From Bacillota bacterium (lineage in GTDB: Bacteria > Bacillota > Clostridia > Christensenellales > CAG-314), in NCBI GenBank assembly GCA_023458375.1, contig JAEWZT010000002.1, forward strand, positions 264,463-328,462: DNA of 64,000 bases. Reading direction: 5' to 3'. The notes beneath the pieces are model-generated. The model ran no database searches, had not been told where the DNA came from, and saw nothing but the letters and a program-made list of their open reading frames with translations. Positions 18,658 to 26,845 of the stretch are shown piece by piece; position 1 is the first letter of the stretch, and each line of letters starts with the position of its first letter. The position numbers and the translations under genes were made by a program.

Positions 18658-19038
18658 TTCTTCCTCCGTGAAAATTAATTATTACTTTATAGATTTATAA
18701 TAGCTTCTTAATACTTTTTAGTCAATATCCCGCATTCAATTACTTCTTAAATTAGTAAGGGGAAGGACACTTAAAATCCCACAAAGGTATAAAAGCTCAG
18801 GTGCCTAAGCCTCGCAAATACAGTTGTATATGTTCCATCGCCGTTGCTATGTAAGTAATAATAGCATTTGCTATTTATATTAAAATTTGTATTGAAAAAA
18901 TATCTCCATATTTCTAATAATGACAAGGGAAATATGATTTATTTTCGCTTTAAATCTTCAAGGTGCCTTGTTTGTTCTCTCAACAACTCCTCCTGTTTTG
19001 AATGTGCTCGGCTTGCGTCTCTTTGCGCTTTTTCCGCT

Positions 19039-19668
19039 TCATTTAAAGTTTTTTTCGGCATAAGACGCTTGTTGTTTGGCGTATTCTGCTTGCTTTTGAG
19101 CGTATTCTGTTTGTTTTTTAGCTTCGACAATCATTTTCTCACTCGCGACAACACTATCTGACAATAAAATCGCATCTTTCATTGTATCCGCTCTTCTTGA
19201 ATTAATTAATTCAAATAATAGATTACTCCTATCTAATAAATTTGTATCGGCAAGCGGAATAAAATCTTCATATTTATTTAAACTTTCTTCTAAATCCCAA
19301 AATGTTCCTTTTAATTTATTAAACTCCTCTTGTTTTTTTTCAAGTTTTTGCTCGTAATAAGGTGTTAGAGTTTTTGTATTGCCATTAAATGTCCTAGCAT
19401 TTTTAATAAATTTAACTAGAGGTATTATTGTAATAAGTGCGAAAACGATCATAATAAAAAACGCATCTTTTATTGTAGAAAGGATAATTGTCAAAACAAA
19501 CATAATAGCAAAAAAGATTAAATGTGTTTTGAATTTTTTGCTCGCCCTTTTACTTTCAAAGGTCAACGATGATATTTTCTTTTTTAGGTCATAAACCTCT
19601 CCGCCGCAATCGTAACAAATCGCTGACATTTTTAAGTATTCAAGAATTTGTTCACGTGATAGTTTCAT
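19039..19668 (-). CDS. two-TM, coiled-coil membrane protein of unknown function; C-terminus apparently truncated by a frameshift
   Basis: Start set at ATG 19668 (MKLSREQILEYL), with a GGAGGA RBS 8 nt upstream. Two TM helices, then a coiled coil. Removing one A from the A7 run (plus-strand T7, 19049-19055) extends the frame through ..AEKTLNEAEKAQRDASRAHSKQEELLREQTRHLEDLKRK*, ending at 18939. Confidence 0.55.
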   Translation of the reverse strand: MKLSREQILEYLKMSAICYDCGGEVYDLKKKISSLTFESKRASKKFKTHLIFFAIMFVLTIILSTIKDAFFIMIVFALITIIPLVKFIKNARTFNGNTKTLTPYYEQKLEKKQEEFNKLKGTFWDLEESLNKYEDFIPLADTNLLDRSNLLFELINSRRADTMKDAILLSDSVVASEKMIVEAKKQTEYAQKQAEYAKQQASYAEKNFK

Positions 19669-19815
19669 TTTACTTCCTCCTTTATTCTGAATTATGGGTT
19701 TATTTTTACAATATATCACAAAATATGATATATGATAATAATATATCAAATAAAATATGATATGTCAATAATAAAATCATAATTTATGAAATCCTTTTAA
19801 AAAAGGGCAAGTATT

Positions 19816-20151
19816 ATGAGATTAAGAGAGCTAAGGGAAGAAAAGGGCTTATATCAAAAAGACATAGGAAAACTTTTAGGAAAAGTATCTAATTGTATAT
19901 CAAACTGGGAAACAGGAACTACAGAACCTTCAATAAAAGATATTATTAAGCTTGCAGATTATTTTCAGGTTAGCACTGATTATTTGTTGGGACGAGAAAA
20001 TGATTATGGATTTGTAGAGGTTAAAGGCATTGAGCTTTCAAAAATTCAAAAAGTAATGATAAATATCTTTGATAAATTAAACGCTTCGGGGCAATTGAAA
20101 GCGGTTTCCTATGCGGAAGGGTTAGCAGAAAGCCCCGAATTCAAAAAATGA
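19816..20151 (+). CDS. XRE-family helix-turn-helix transcriptional regulator
   Basis: 111 aa. LRELREEKGLYQKDIGKLLGKVSNCISNWETGTTEPSIKDIIKLADYFQVSTDYLLGRE. Divergent from the 19668 gene. Confidence 0.8.
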   Translation: MRLRELREEKGLYQKDIGKLLGKVSNCISNWETGTTEPSIKDIIKLADYFQVSTDYLLGRENDYGFVEVKGIELSKIQKVMINIFDKLNASGQLKAVSYAEGLAESPEFKK

Positions 20152-20224
20152 AAATTTAAGCATCATTTTAAAAAGGAGCGGAAAAAATCTATGCAACTAT
20201 AAGAAGCTAAAGAGGGAAGATTAT

Positions 20225-20731
20225 TTAGTCTTCCTCTATTTTTATCACTTTTTTAATGGCGCGAACCAGTGGCTTATAAAGAATTAAAGCAGTAATAAAG
20301 TTTATTGAGGTGTTTATTATAAACACCGCCGCGCCCGTGCCGAAGCGCGCCCAAAAAGAGTAGCCGTAAAAAAGGTGTTCAACGTATGTAGACTGAAAGC
20401 AAAACATAACTGTCAAAAGGGCGGCGACGGCGGCGATAACGTAGTCGTTGGCTTTTAAGCGCTTTAAAAAATAACCCGCAACGCATACCAATGGAAAATG
20501 CAAAACATACATCAAAACCCAAGGCATAAACCCCCAGTAGGCTATATCCACCCCAAGCATTACAAAAAAAGCTATAAGCGCAGTGGGAAGCCCCAGCGCC
20601 GCCGCGTAAACCAACAGCAAAAGGGTGACGAGTTCAAAGCCCGCTATCGCCGAAAGGGCATATTTTACGGCGACTAAAAGCGCCGCCGCAACTGCCGCCA
20701 AAGCTATTTTTTTTGCTCCCGCATTTATCAC
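20225..20731 (-). CDS. ECF-transporter S-component-like membrane protein (probable cobalamin-specific, CbrT-like)
   Basis: 168 aa with 5-6 TM segments. Second gene of a B12-riboswitch-controlled operon. Confidence 0.5.
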   Translation of the reverse strand: MINAGAKKIALAAVAAALLVAVKYALSAIAGFELVTLLLLVYAAALGLPTALIAFFVMLGVDIAYWGFMPWVLMYVLHFPLVCVAGYFLKRLKANDYVIAAVAALLTVMFCFQSTYVEHLFYGYSFWARFGTGAAVFIINTSINFITALILYKPLVRAIKKVIKIEED

Positions 20732-20770
20732 TTATTTATCCTACGAAAGAACTTGCAAGCTACTGCTTAC

Positions 20771-21253
20771 TTAATACGGTATTACAATTATAACATAAAT
20801 TTCGCCGTGAATAAGGGGCAAAAAGCTAGCTCCAACAGTTGTAGTTATACAAAGAATGCCGTTTTTTGCAGTGTATTCGGTGTTATAAGAGCTACTCGTA
20901 TCATAATAATTCTCATCGCTTGAAAGCACACTTACCCAATACCCGATTGGAGCTTCGGTGTCATTTACACCCGTAAAAAACATACCAAATACAAGGTCTT
21001 CCGTGTATAATATTCCCCATTCCTCTTTATCTTTTATAAGGTCCGCCAAAGATGAAGCGTTTGTGCGCACGTTAAAGGTTTTGTCGTAGCCGTTTTCCTC
21101 GTCCACAATCTGAATTGTCACCGTTTTGTAGCTGTCGTCAAAGGGGCGGTAAAGGGTAAGCCACAGCGTTACGCCCGTTACGGCAATAACTGCCGCGGCA
21201 GCTATGACAATAATTTTAAATAGCAGGTCTTTACTGATACTTTTCTTTTCCAT
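20771..21253 (-). CDS. membrane-anchored DUF4430-like (transcobalamin-like) binding protein
   Basis: 160 aa with an N-terminal TM anchor and an extracytoplasmic domain. First gene downstream of the cobalamin riboswitch. The family assignment is tentative. Confidence 0.5.
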   Translation of the reverse strand: MEKKSISKDLLFKIIVIAAAAVIAVTGVTLWLTLYRPFDDSYKTVTIQIVDEENGYDKTFNVRTNASSLADLIKDKEEWGILYTEDLVFGMFFTGVNDTEAPIGYWVSVLSSDENYYDTSSSYNTEYTAKNGILCITTTVGASFLPLIHGEIYVIIVIPY

Positions 21254-21337
21254 ATTTTTTCCTCCCGATTTAAGCCTTTTTAGGCAAAAATTTTACTTTC
21301 AAAAGGTTATTTTTTCAAAAGCCGCCTTTACGCTTTT

Positions 21338-21376
21338 AAAATAAAAAACCTCTTTTTTATCCACGCAAAAAGAGGG
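21338..21376 (-). terminator. riboswitch expression-platform terminator
   Basis: Minus strand reads CCTCTTTTTGCGTGGATAAAAAAGAGG followed by TTTTTTATTTT. The upstream GGAGGGAG (about 21411-21420) could form an anti-terminator with the CCTCCCTC arm. Confidence 0.6.
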
Positions 21377-21419
21377 AGGAAAAGATGTTCCTTTTCCAAA
21401 AATTCCTACTTTGCTCCCT

Positions 21420-21600
21420 CCGAGCGCGGCATTTTGAGGCTTTTGCGGCAGGTCTCCTGACTTAAAGGCTTAACCTTGAAAAAAATCGCCTTCTCGCGCA
21501 AACGCAATGGCTTTAACCTTTTTTCTCGTATCCTTTTACAGTAGCGGGGGCTGCGGAGGCTTTTAACTTCCTTCCCTGTTAGTGCTTGTTTAAGCAACCG
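21420..21600 (-). promoter_or_regulatory. cobalamin (B12) riboswitch aptamer
   Basis: Minus strand reads AACAGGGAAGGAAGTTAAAAGCCTCCGCAGCCCCCGCTACTGTAA (GGGAA...GCAGCCCCCGC.ACTG core) and the B12 box AGTCAGGAGACCTGCC (21448-21462). Confidence 0.8.
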
Positions 21601-22149
21601 AAAAAGCTATTAAGTTAATCTTATTTTAACCTTTTTGAAAGGTAAAGTCAACCCCCGCCTAATAATCAGGGGCAAAAAATGTAGATTATAGCTTCAATTA
21701 TATCGGTAATTAAATTGATGGGCGGTAATGAAAATATTTCGTTTAAAGCCTTTAAATGGAGAGCATTATAAATTAATATTCAAAATGACGATTGAAGGCG
21801 TTTTAATTATTGTGTAAAGGCTTTTACGCTCGGTATAAAGGTTCTCAGCAATGATTTTGACGCAAGCTGTCAATAAACGTTTTAAAAAGCGCAAAGTAAT
21901 TTTAGCAAGAAAAAGGCCCCTGTGAAAGGGGCTTTATTTTGCTTTTTATGCTTTGTCTTCGGTTGCCGCTAAGCTTTCCTTTTGCGCTTCATACTGCTTA
22001 TTAAAAGCTTTTTGTACTTGCTTTTTCAAAAGTTAGTTTATCTGTCTTTTTGATTTTCTAGCCGTGCGCTATAATTTTTCAATTCGGGTTTTGTGTGCTT
22101 TTGCGCTTAGCTGTTGCTTGTTTATAACGCATTTGCGCAGTTTCCGCAT

Positions 22150-22290
22150 CGCTAATTATAATTTATTGCGAGTGGCTTTTACCCTTTTGCGCGTTAACTT
22201 TACTTTGCGGCTAACTTTTGCCCTTTGTCTTGTCGCGCTTTTCCCCATTATAGTTGCTTTGCCTATGCCAAGCGCAATAATTTTTTAATT
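22150..22290 (-). pseudogene. decayed duplicate of the Big_2-domain segment of the adjacent 22410..25169 gene
   Basis: 22221-22278 aligns with 24862-24920 at about 83% identity by eye (ccctttgTcttgtcgcgc-tttTccccAttatagtTGctttgcctaTgcCaagcgcAAt). The minus-strand translation IIALGIGKATIMGKS..KVKLT is comparable with ALSVGKVTITGET..SVTLN. There is no start codon, and stops are present. Confidence 0.5.
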
Positions 22291-22409
22291 AGGGTTTTGT
22301 CTTCTTGTCTTCTAGGTTTAACTACTTATTTAAAGCTTTTTTCTTTTGAGCATATAGCTTACCTTTGCCTTATACAACCTGCGCTTTGATTTAGAGCATT
22401 TGTGTCTTT

Positions 22410-25169
22410 TTAGTCGGTCAACATTTTGTGATACATTCCAAGCCAGAATGGGAGGGTATAGGTTGTGCCGCCTTCCATTTGATTGGGGCTGTATTCCTCT
22501 AAAACATAAGTTGAGTTGTTAAACTTGTGCAGCCCTCTTTCGTCGGGGGCGGCGACTTTCCAGTCAAGCTTGGCGCCCGAAAACATTATGTTTATAAGTT
22601 GGAGCGCTTCGGAATCTATTTTGCCCGTCTTTATTTTGCGCTTGCTTGTTTTGTCGTAGCTTAGCCCGCCGCGCGCGCCGTCTATGCCGTAGTCTGAAAA
22701 GTCAAAGGAAGCTATGTCGTCGCGCAGGCTGTTTGAGGCGGACAGCCTCCTTAAATCAAGAGGGTGGCGCGAAAGGGACCATGCGGCGGTTTCTAAAATA
22801 CTGTTGCCGTAGGCGTCCTTTATTTCTTTATTGGGGTAGGCAAGCTGATAAATATAATACCACAAAGGGTTTTCGCTGTATTGAATGGATATCCACCATT
22901 GGTCTATGGCTAGGCGGTAGTATTTTAGAAGTGCCTGGTCTTCCTCCATTTGGAAAAGCAGGTAAAAGGAAAGCATTGCCATTTCTTCGTCGGAATAATT
23001 CAAAAACATTCTGCAAAGCATTTCCGTTAAATCGCCGTTGAGGTTTAACTGCACTAAGGCTTTAAATATAGGCGAAAGGTCGTTTGCGTATATTAAAAGG
23101 TAAAGCTTCATCTGCCTTTCGTATTGCGCCGTAAGCTGGGCGTATTTGTAAGCGGGGTCAAGCGCCGCCATTCTGTATTCGTCCTCCCACTTTTGGTCGC
23201 CCGTAACGTATGCGGCAAGCTTAAATAAACTAAGCGCGACGGAAGAAGTTAAGGGTGCGCCCCCAAGCTGGCTGGCATTTAAAAAATACTCGCGGTTGAA
23301 CTTGCCCCAAGTGCTTGGCTGCCCAGTGCCGTCTACAAGCATATAGCCGTTGTCTGAAAGGTGCTGCGCAAGCCTGTCCATAGTGCTTGAAATAAGCCCC
23401 GCGATTTCGTCGTCGTCGCCCAAAAATACGTCGTAGGCGACCTTATACAAGAAAAGGTGCCCTATTATTTCGTCGGAACTGGTGTCGCCCTTGTAAACTA
23501 TGTCGCTTACCGAAGCGCCCGTTAATGCAAGCAGGTCGTTCCACAAGCGCGAAGGAATTTCGCCGCTTGCGTCAACAACGGCGCCGCCCCCCTCTTGGGG
23601 CGTGCCCGCTATTCTTTCACCGTTAATATGGTAGCCCTCGTTTTCTCTGCCCTTATCTTTATCGCTTTGGCTTTTATACTGCGCCTTGGTTGATACCGCC
23701 GTAGAGGTGCCGTCCTCGTTTACATACCAGTGCACGTTGCCCGAAGGATTGACGGCTTCCAACCCCTCAACGGAATAGGTGCGCGCAATCCAGCCCTCTA
23801 AGTTGCGCGTTCTGGTGGCGTAAAGCGCTTTGTTGTCGGCGGCGCGCACTGTTTTGTCGGCAAGCTCCTGCCACGCTATACTGTCGTACGGCGCTAAATA
23901 GCCGCTTGACAGAAAGTAGCTGTCTTTGCCCCAAAGATAATTTTTCCATACCAGTTCCACCACATCGCAAGGCGCAAGGCTTGTAACGTTGCGCGAATAG
24001 TCGCCCCCTTTAAGCAGCGCCTCTACTGAAACAAACTTTGAATTACCCGACAAAAATACGTCGCCGTTGTCGTTATACCGCACATAAGAGTCCACCGTGC
24101 CTTGGCGCATGCTTATATTTGCAAGCAGCAGCACCGCTTCGGTGGTAAGGAGCGCGCTTGCGCGCGCGGCGTCAATTTCCGCTTGGGTCGCGTTAGGGTC
24201 GGACTTTAAAACGCTGTAACGCATAACCTCGCCCACCGCATACATAGCCGTCCAAAGCCCGTCGTTATCCGTTTCGCGGGGGATCCAGCGGTATTCGTAA
24301 AGGGCTTCCTCCCCTTCGCCGCTTACCAAAACTTGGGTGTAAACCGCCTCGGAAACCATGCCCCTGCGCGAAACGTATTGCAAAGTATCTTCTTCAAGCT
24401 GCGTTGCTTTTGCGGTTCCGCTCATATCTACCAAAGCGATATGCGTTACGCCCGCCTCCATAACAGTCCAAATACCCCTTGCGCCGTCGGACACGATAGC
24501 TAAGGGGGCGGTTTCGTTTATTGTGTAAAAATACCTGTCTCCCATAAAGCGCTGCTGCCTGTCGCGCTCGTTTGAAGCGCTTTCATATAGGCGCAGCACG
24601 CCGTATTGGGTAATTGTCCACGTTGCGCCGTCGGAAGCGGAAACGTTTTTATAGTTTATGTAATTTTTACCCGCAATGACGGTATGCACGAAAGAGGGGA
24701 TTTGCGCGTCGTCAAGCTCATAGCGCGTAACGACCTTTTGGGGGTTGTCGCCGTATTGCTCTGCACTTCCCAAATAATTGACAATGTTGTTTGCCCGCGC
24801 CGATATTTTTGTGGCTTGCGCGACTGCGTTTAAAGTTACGCTGTGCGTTAAAAGAACGCCGCCCTTTGCCTTGTCGCGCGTTTCCCCCGTTATAGTAACT
24901 TTGCCTACGCTAAGCGCGGTTACGCGCCCCCATTCGTCAACGGAGGCAATTTCCTCGTTAGAAGAGTGCCAATAAACCATTCTGTTGGTTTCCCCTTGGG
25001 GAAAAACATAGTCAAGGGTTCGGCTGTCGCCGATGTCCATTTCCCAGTTCTGAGGCACAATTATCCTGAATACCTCGCTTTCGGTTGCGCTTTTGCAAGA
25101 ACCAAAGAGCGCCAGCGAAAGCATAACCAAAAGCAAAGCGATAACCCTTTTTGTTACAGACGTTTTCAT
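22410..25169 (-). CDS. large secreted lipoprotein with N-terminal Big_2 (Ig-like) domain; remainder uncharacterised
   Basis: Start set at ATG 25169 (MKTSVTKRVIALLLVMLSLALFGSCKS, a lipobox-like signal) with a GGAGGA RBS. The Big_2 block is DIGDSRTLDYVF..WHSSNEEIASVDEWGRVTALSVGKVTITGE. About 750 further residues carry no motif I recognise. Confidence 0.8.
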   Translation of the reverse strand: MKTSVTKRVIALLLVMLSLALFGSCKSATESEVFRIIVPQNWEMDIGDSRTLDYVFPQGETNRMVYWHSSNEEIASVDEWGRVTALSVGKVTITGETRDKAKGGVLLTHSVTLNAVAQATKISARANNIVNYLGSAEQYGDNPQKVVTRYELDDAQIPSFVHTVIAGKNYINYKNVSASDGATWTITQYGVLRLYESASNERDRQQRFMGDRYFYTINETAPLAIVSDGARGIWTVMEAGVTHIALVDMSGTAKATQLEEDTLQYVSRRGMVSEAVYTQVLVSGEGEEALYEYRWIPRETDNDGLWTAMYAVGEVMRYSVLKSDPNATQAEIDAARASALLTTEAVLLLANISMRQGTVDSYVRYNDNGDVFLSGNSKFVSVEALLKGGDYSRNVTSLAPCDVVELVWKNYLWGKDSYFLSSGYLAPYDSIAWQELADKTVRAADNKALYATRTRNLEGWIARTYSVEGLEAVNPSGNVHWYVNEDGTSTAVSTKAQYKSQSDKDKGRENEGYHINGERIAGTPQEGGGAVVDASGEIPSRLWNDLLALTGASVSDIVYKGDTSSDEIIGHLFLYKVAYDVFLGDDDEIAGLISSTMDRLAQHLSDNGYMLVDGTGQPSTWGKFNREYFLNASQLGGAPLTSSVALSLFKLAAYVTGDQKWEDEYRMAALDPAYKYAQLTAQYERQMKLYLLIYANDLSPIFKALVQLNLNGDLTEMLCRMFLNYSDEEMAMLSFYLLFQMEEDQALLKYYRLAIDQWWISIQYSENPLWYYIYQLAYPNKEIKDAYGNSILETAAWSLSRHPLDLRRLSASNSLRDDIASFDFSDYGIDGARGGLSYDKTSKRKIKTGKIDSEALQLINIMFSGAKLDWKVAAPDERGLHKFNNSTYVLEEYSPNQMEGGTTYTLPFWLGMYHKMLTD

Positions 25170-25399
25170 AATTTTCCTCCTTACATAAGGCTTTTGGAAA
25201 TTAGCCGTAATTATTATACCCCTTTTAGAAATTATATTCAATAGCCCTTTAAATTAAATATCTAAACTTAGCCAAATCTTTGCCCGCCTTTTAAAACCGC
25301 AAAAAGCTTATTAAGCGCAAGTATTTTAAAACGTAATAGACTAAAACGCGTTTTACTAGACAATGAAAAAGGCGCAAAATCAACTTTGCGCCTTTAAAA

Positions 25400-26404
25400 T
25401 TATTTTGTTTTATTTTTAAACCCTTTGGGATAGCAGGCGCGCATCGCTTCAATTATACCCTCTTTGACTCCCCCTCTGGCGTAGCCTAAAAGCGTTGCGT
25501 TTTCTTCAATTGTTTGAGGGGGTATATATAATTCCTCGCCCATAATATCAAGCATAAGCCGTTCCATATCCAGCCCCGACTCCAAACCCTTTTTAGCGTT
25601 GCTTTTGGCTATGGATTTCGCCCCCAACGCGCAAATTTTTTTAGAAGGCTGCAAAATGGGTTTTTTAATTTTCAATCCTTCCTGCATATAAAGCAGCATT
25701 TGCTTAAAGGTCATATTTTCGTCGCCTACGGGGTAGCGTTTTGCCCCCTCGCCCCTTTCAAGCGCGCCTACGCCCGCTTGCCCCACGCTTTTTGCGTGTA
25801 TCATCGTCGTGCCGCCGCGGGGGAAAAATACCATCGGGTAGCGGAAGAACCTTTCTATAAACACATCTTTCCAAATGGGCGTGCGCTTGGGCATCGCGCC
25901 GAAAATATAGGGCAGTTCAAGCACGCAAACCTGCATTTTGCCCTCGCTTTGCTCAATGATTTTTTGCGCCTGCTCAACCCGACAGGCGATATAGGGGTGG
26001 TGTTTTGCAAGTTCCTTTTGAGGGAAAAGCCTGTCAAAGGTTGCGAAATATGAGTTATAAAGGACGGCTTTTTGCACCCCCGCTTCTTGCGCCGCCAAAA
26101 AAACTTTTGCGCAGTCAACTACCAGCTTTTGATGAAAAAAATCGTAGGCGGGCGCTTTGGGCGTTACCCTGTCGTCGGGCCCTATGGAGTAGACAAGCGC
26201 GTCGTAGCCTTTAAAAATGTTCTTTAACTCATCTTTGCCCATCGCAAAAACGTCGCCGTAAACAACCTCAATTTGAGGGGGATACCAACCGTCCAGCGGG
26301 ACGTCTTTTACCGACAGAGAACTTACCGCGTAACCCTTTTCAAGGGCTGCAAGGGCGGTATAATAGCCCAAAAAGCCCGTTCCTCCCACAATCATTATTT
26401 TCAT
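25400..26404 (-). CDS. NAD(P)-dependent epimerase/dehydratase-family (extended SDR) protein
   Basis: 334 aa with an N-terminal Rossmann motif MKIMIVGGTGFLGYY. Confidence 0.8.
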   Translation of the reverse strand: MKIMIVGGTGFLGYYTALAALEKGYAVSSLSVKDVPLDGWYPPQIEVVYGDVFAMGKDELKNIFKGYDALVYSIGPDDRVTPKAPAYDFFHQKLVVDCAKVFLAAQEAGVQKAVLYNSYFATFDRLFPQKELAKHHPYIACRVEQAQKIIEQSEGKMQVCVLELPYIFGAMPKRTPIWKDVFIERFFRYPMVFFPRGGTTMIHAKSVGQAGVGALERGEGAKRYPVGDENMTFKQMLLYMQEGLKIKKPILQPSKKICALGAKSIAKSNAKKGLESGLDMERLMLDIMGEELYIPPQTIEENATLLGYARGGVKEGIIEAMRACYPKGFKNKTK

Positions 26405-26845
26405 ACGCTTATTTACCTCCTTAAAATATAATATATGCTTTTTTCTTTTTTCTTTCTGCCGAATGGTTTTTTATATTTTTATGTTCCTTATCGGCGTTTT
26501 GATTTTTTCAGTTTTTATAACGGCAGTGCGGATTTCGCTATTTATGTTTTGAAAAAAATATAGCTTTTTTCTTTAATCGCCGCGGCTTTTTAGTCGGTTT
26601 TTTTAAAATATTTTCAACTTCCTCTTTTTCTTTTTTCCGCTGCCGCCAATAGGAAATTATTGGCAGCGCCGCCCGCCGTAATTTTTATTATTTTTATAAC
26701 CGCAGAGAACAGCAAAGCGTTGCGCTGCATTATAGTTTTTTAAATTACGGTTTCTTTTGTTTAGCGCTTAATTCGTTTGTTTTTTCTTGCATTTTATTTT
26801 AGATTCGCTTAGTTTTTTGACGCGCGGATTTACCGTCATAATTTA

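Noticed and set aside
21406-21597. 63-aa minus-strand ORF in the track.
   Set aside because: It lies entirely within the cobalamin riboswitch aptamer, and its reading frame is a by-product of the structured RNA.
22064-22288. 74-aa plus-strand ORF, and the similar plus-strand ORF at 24778..24975.
   Set aside because: Both are antisense shadows of the Big_2-coding sequence (relic and parent). Their similarity reflects the nucleotide duplication and not a real gene family.
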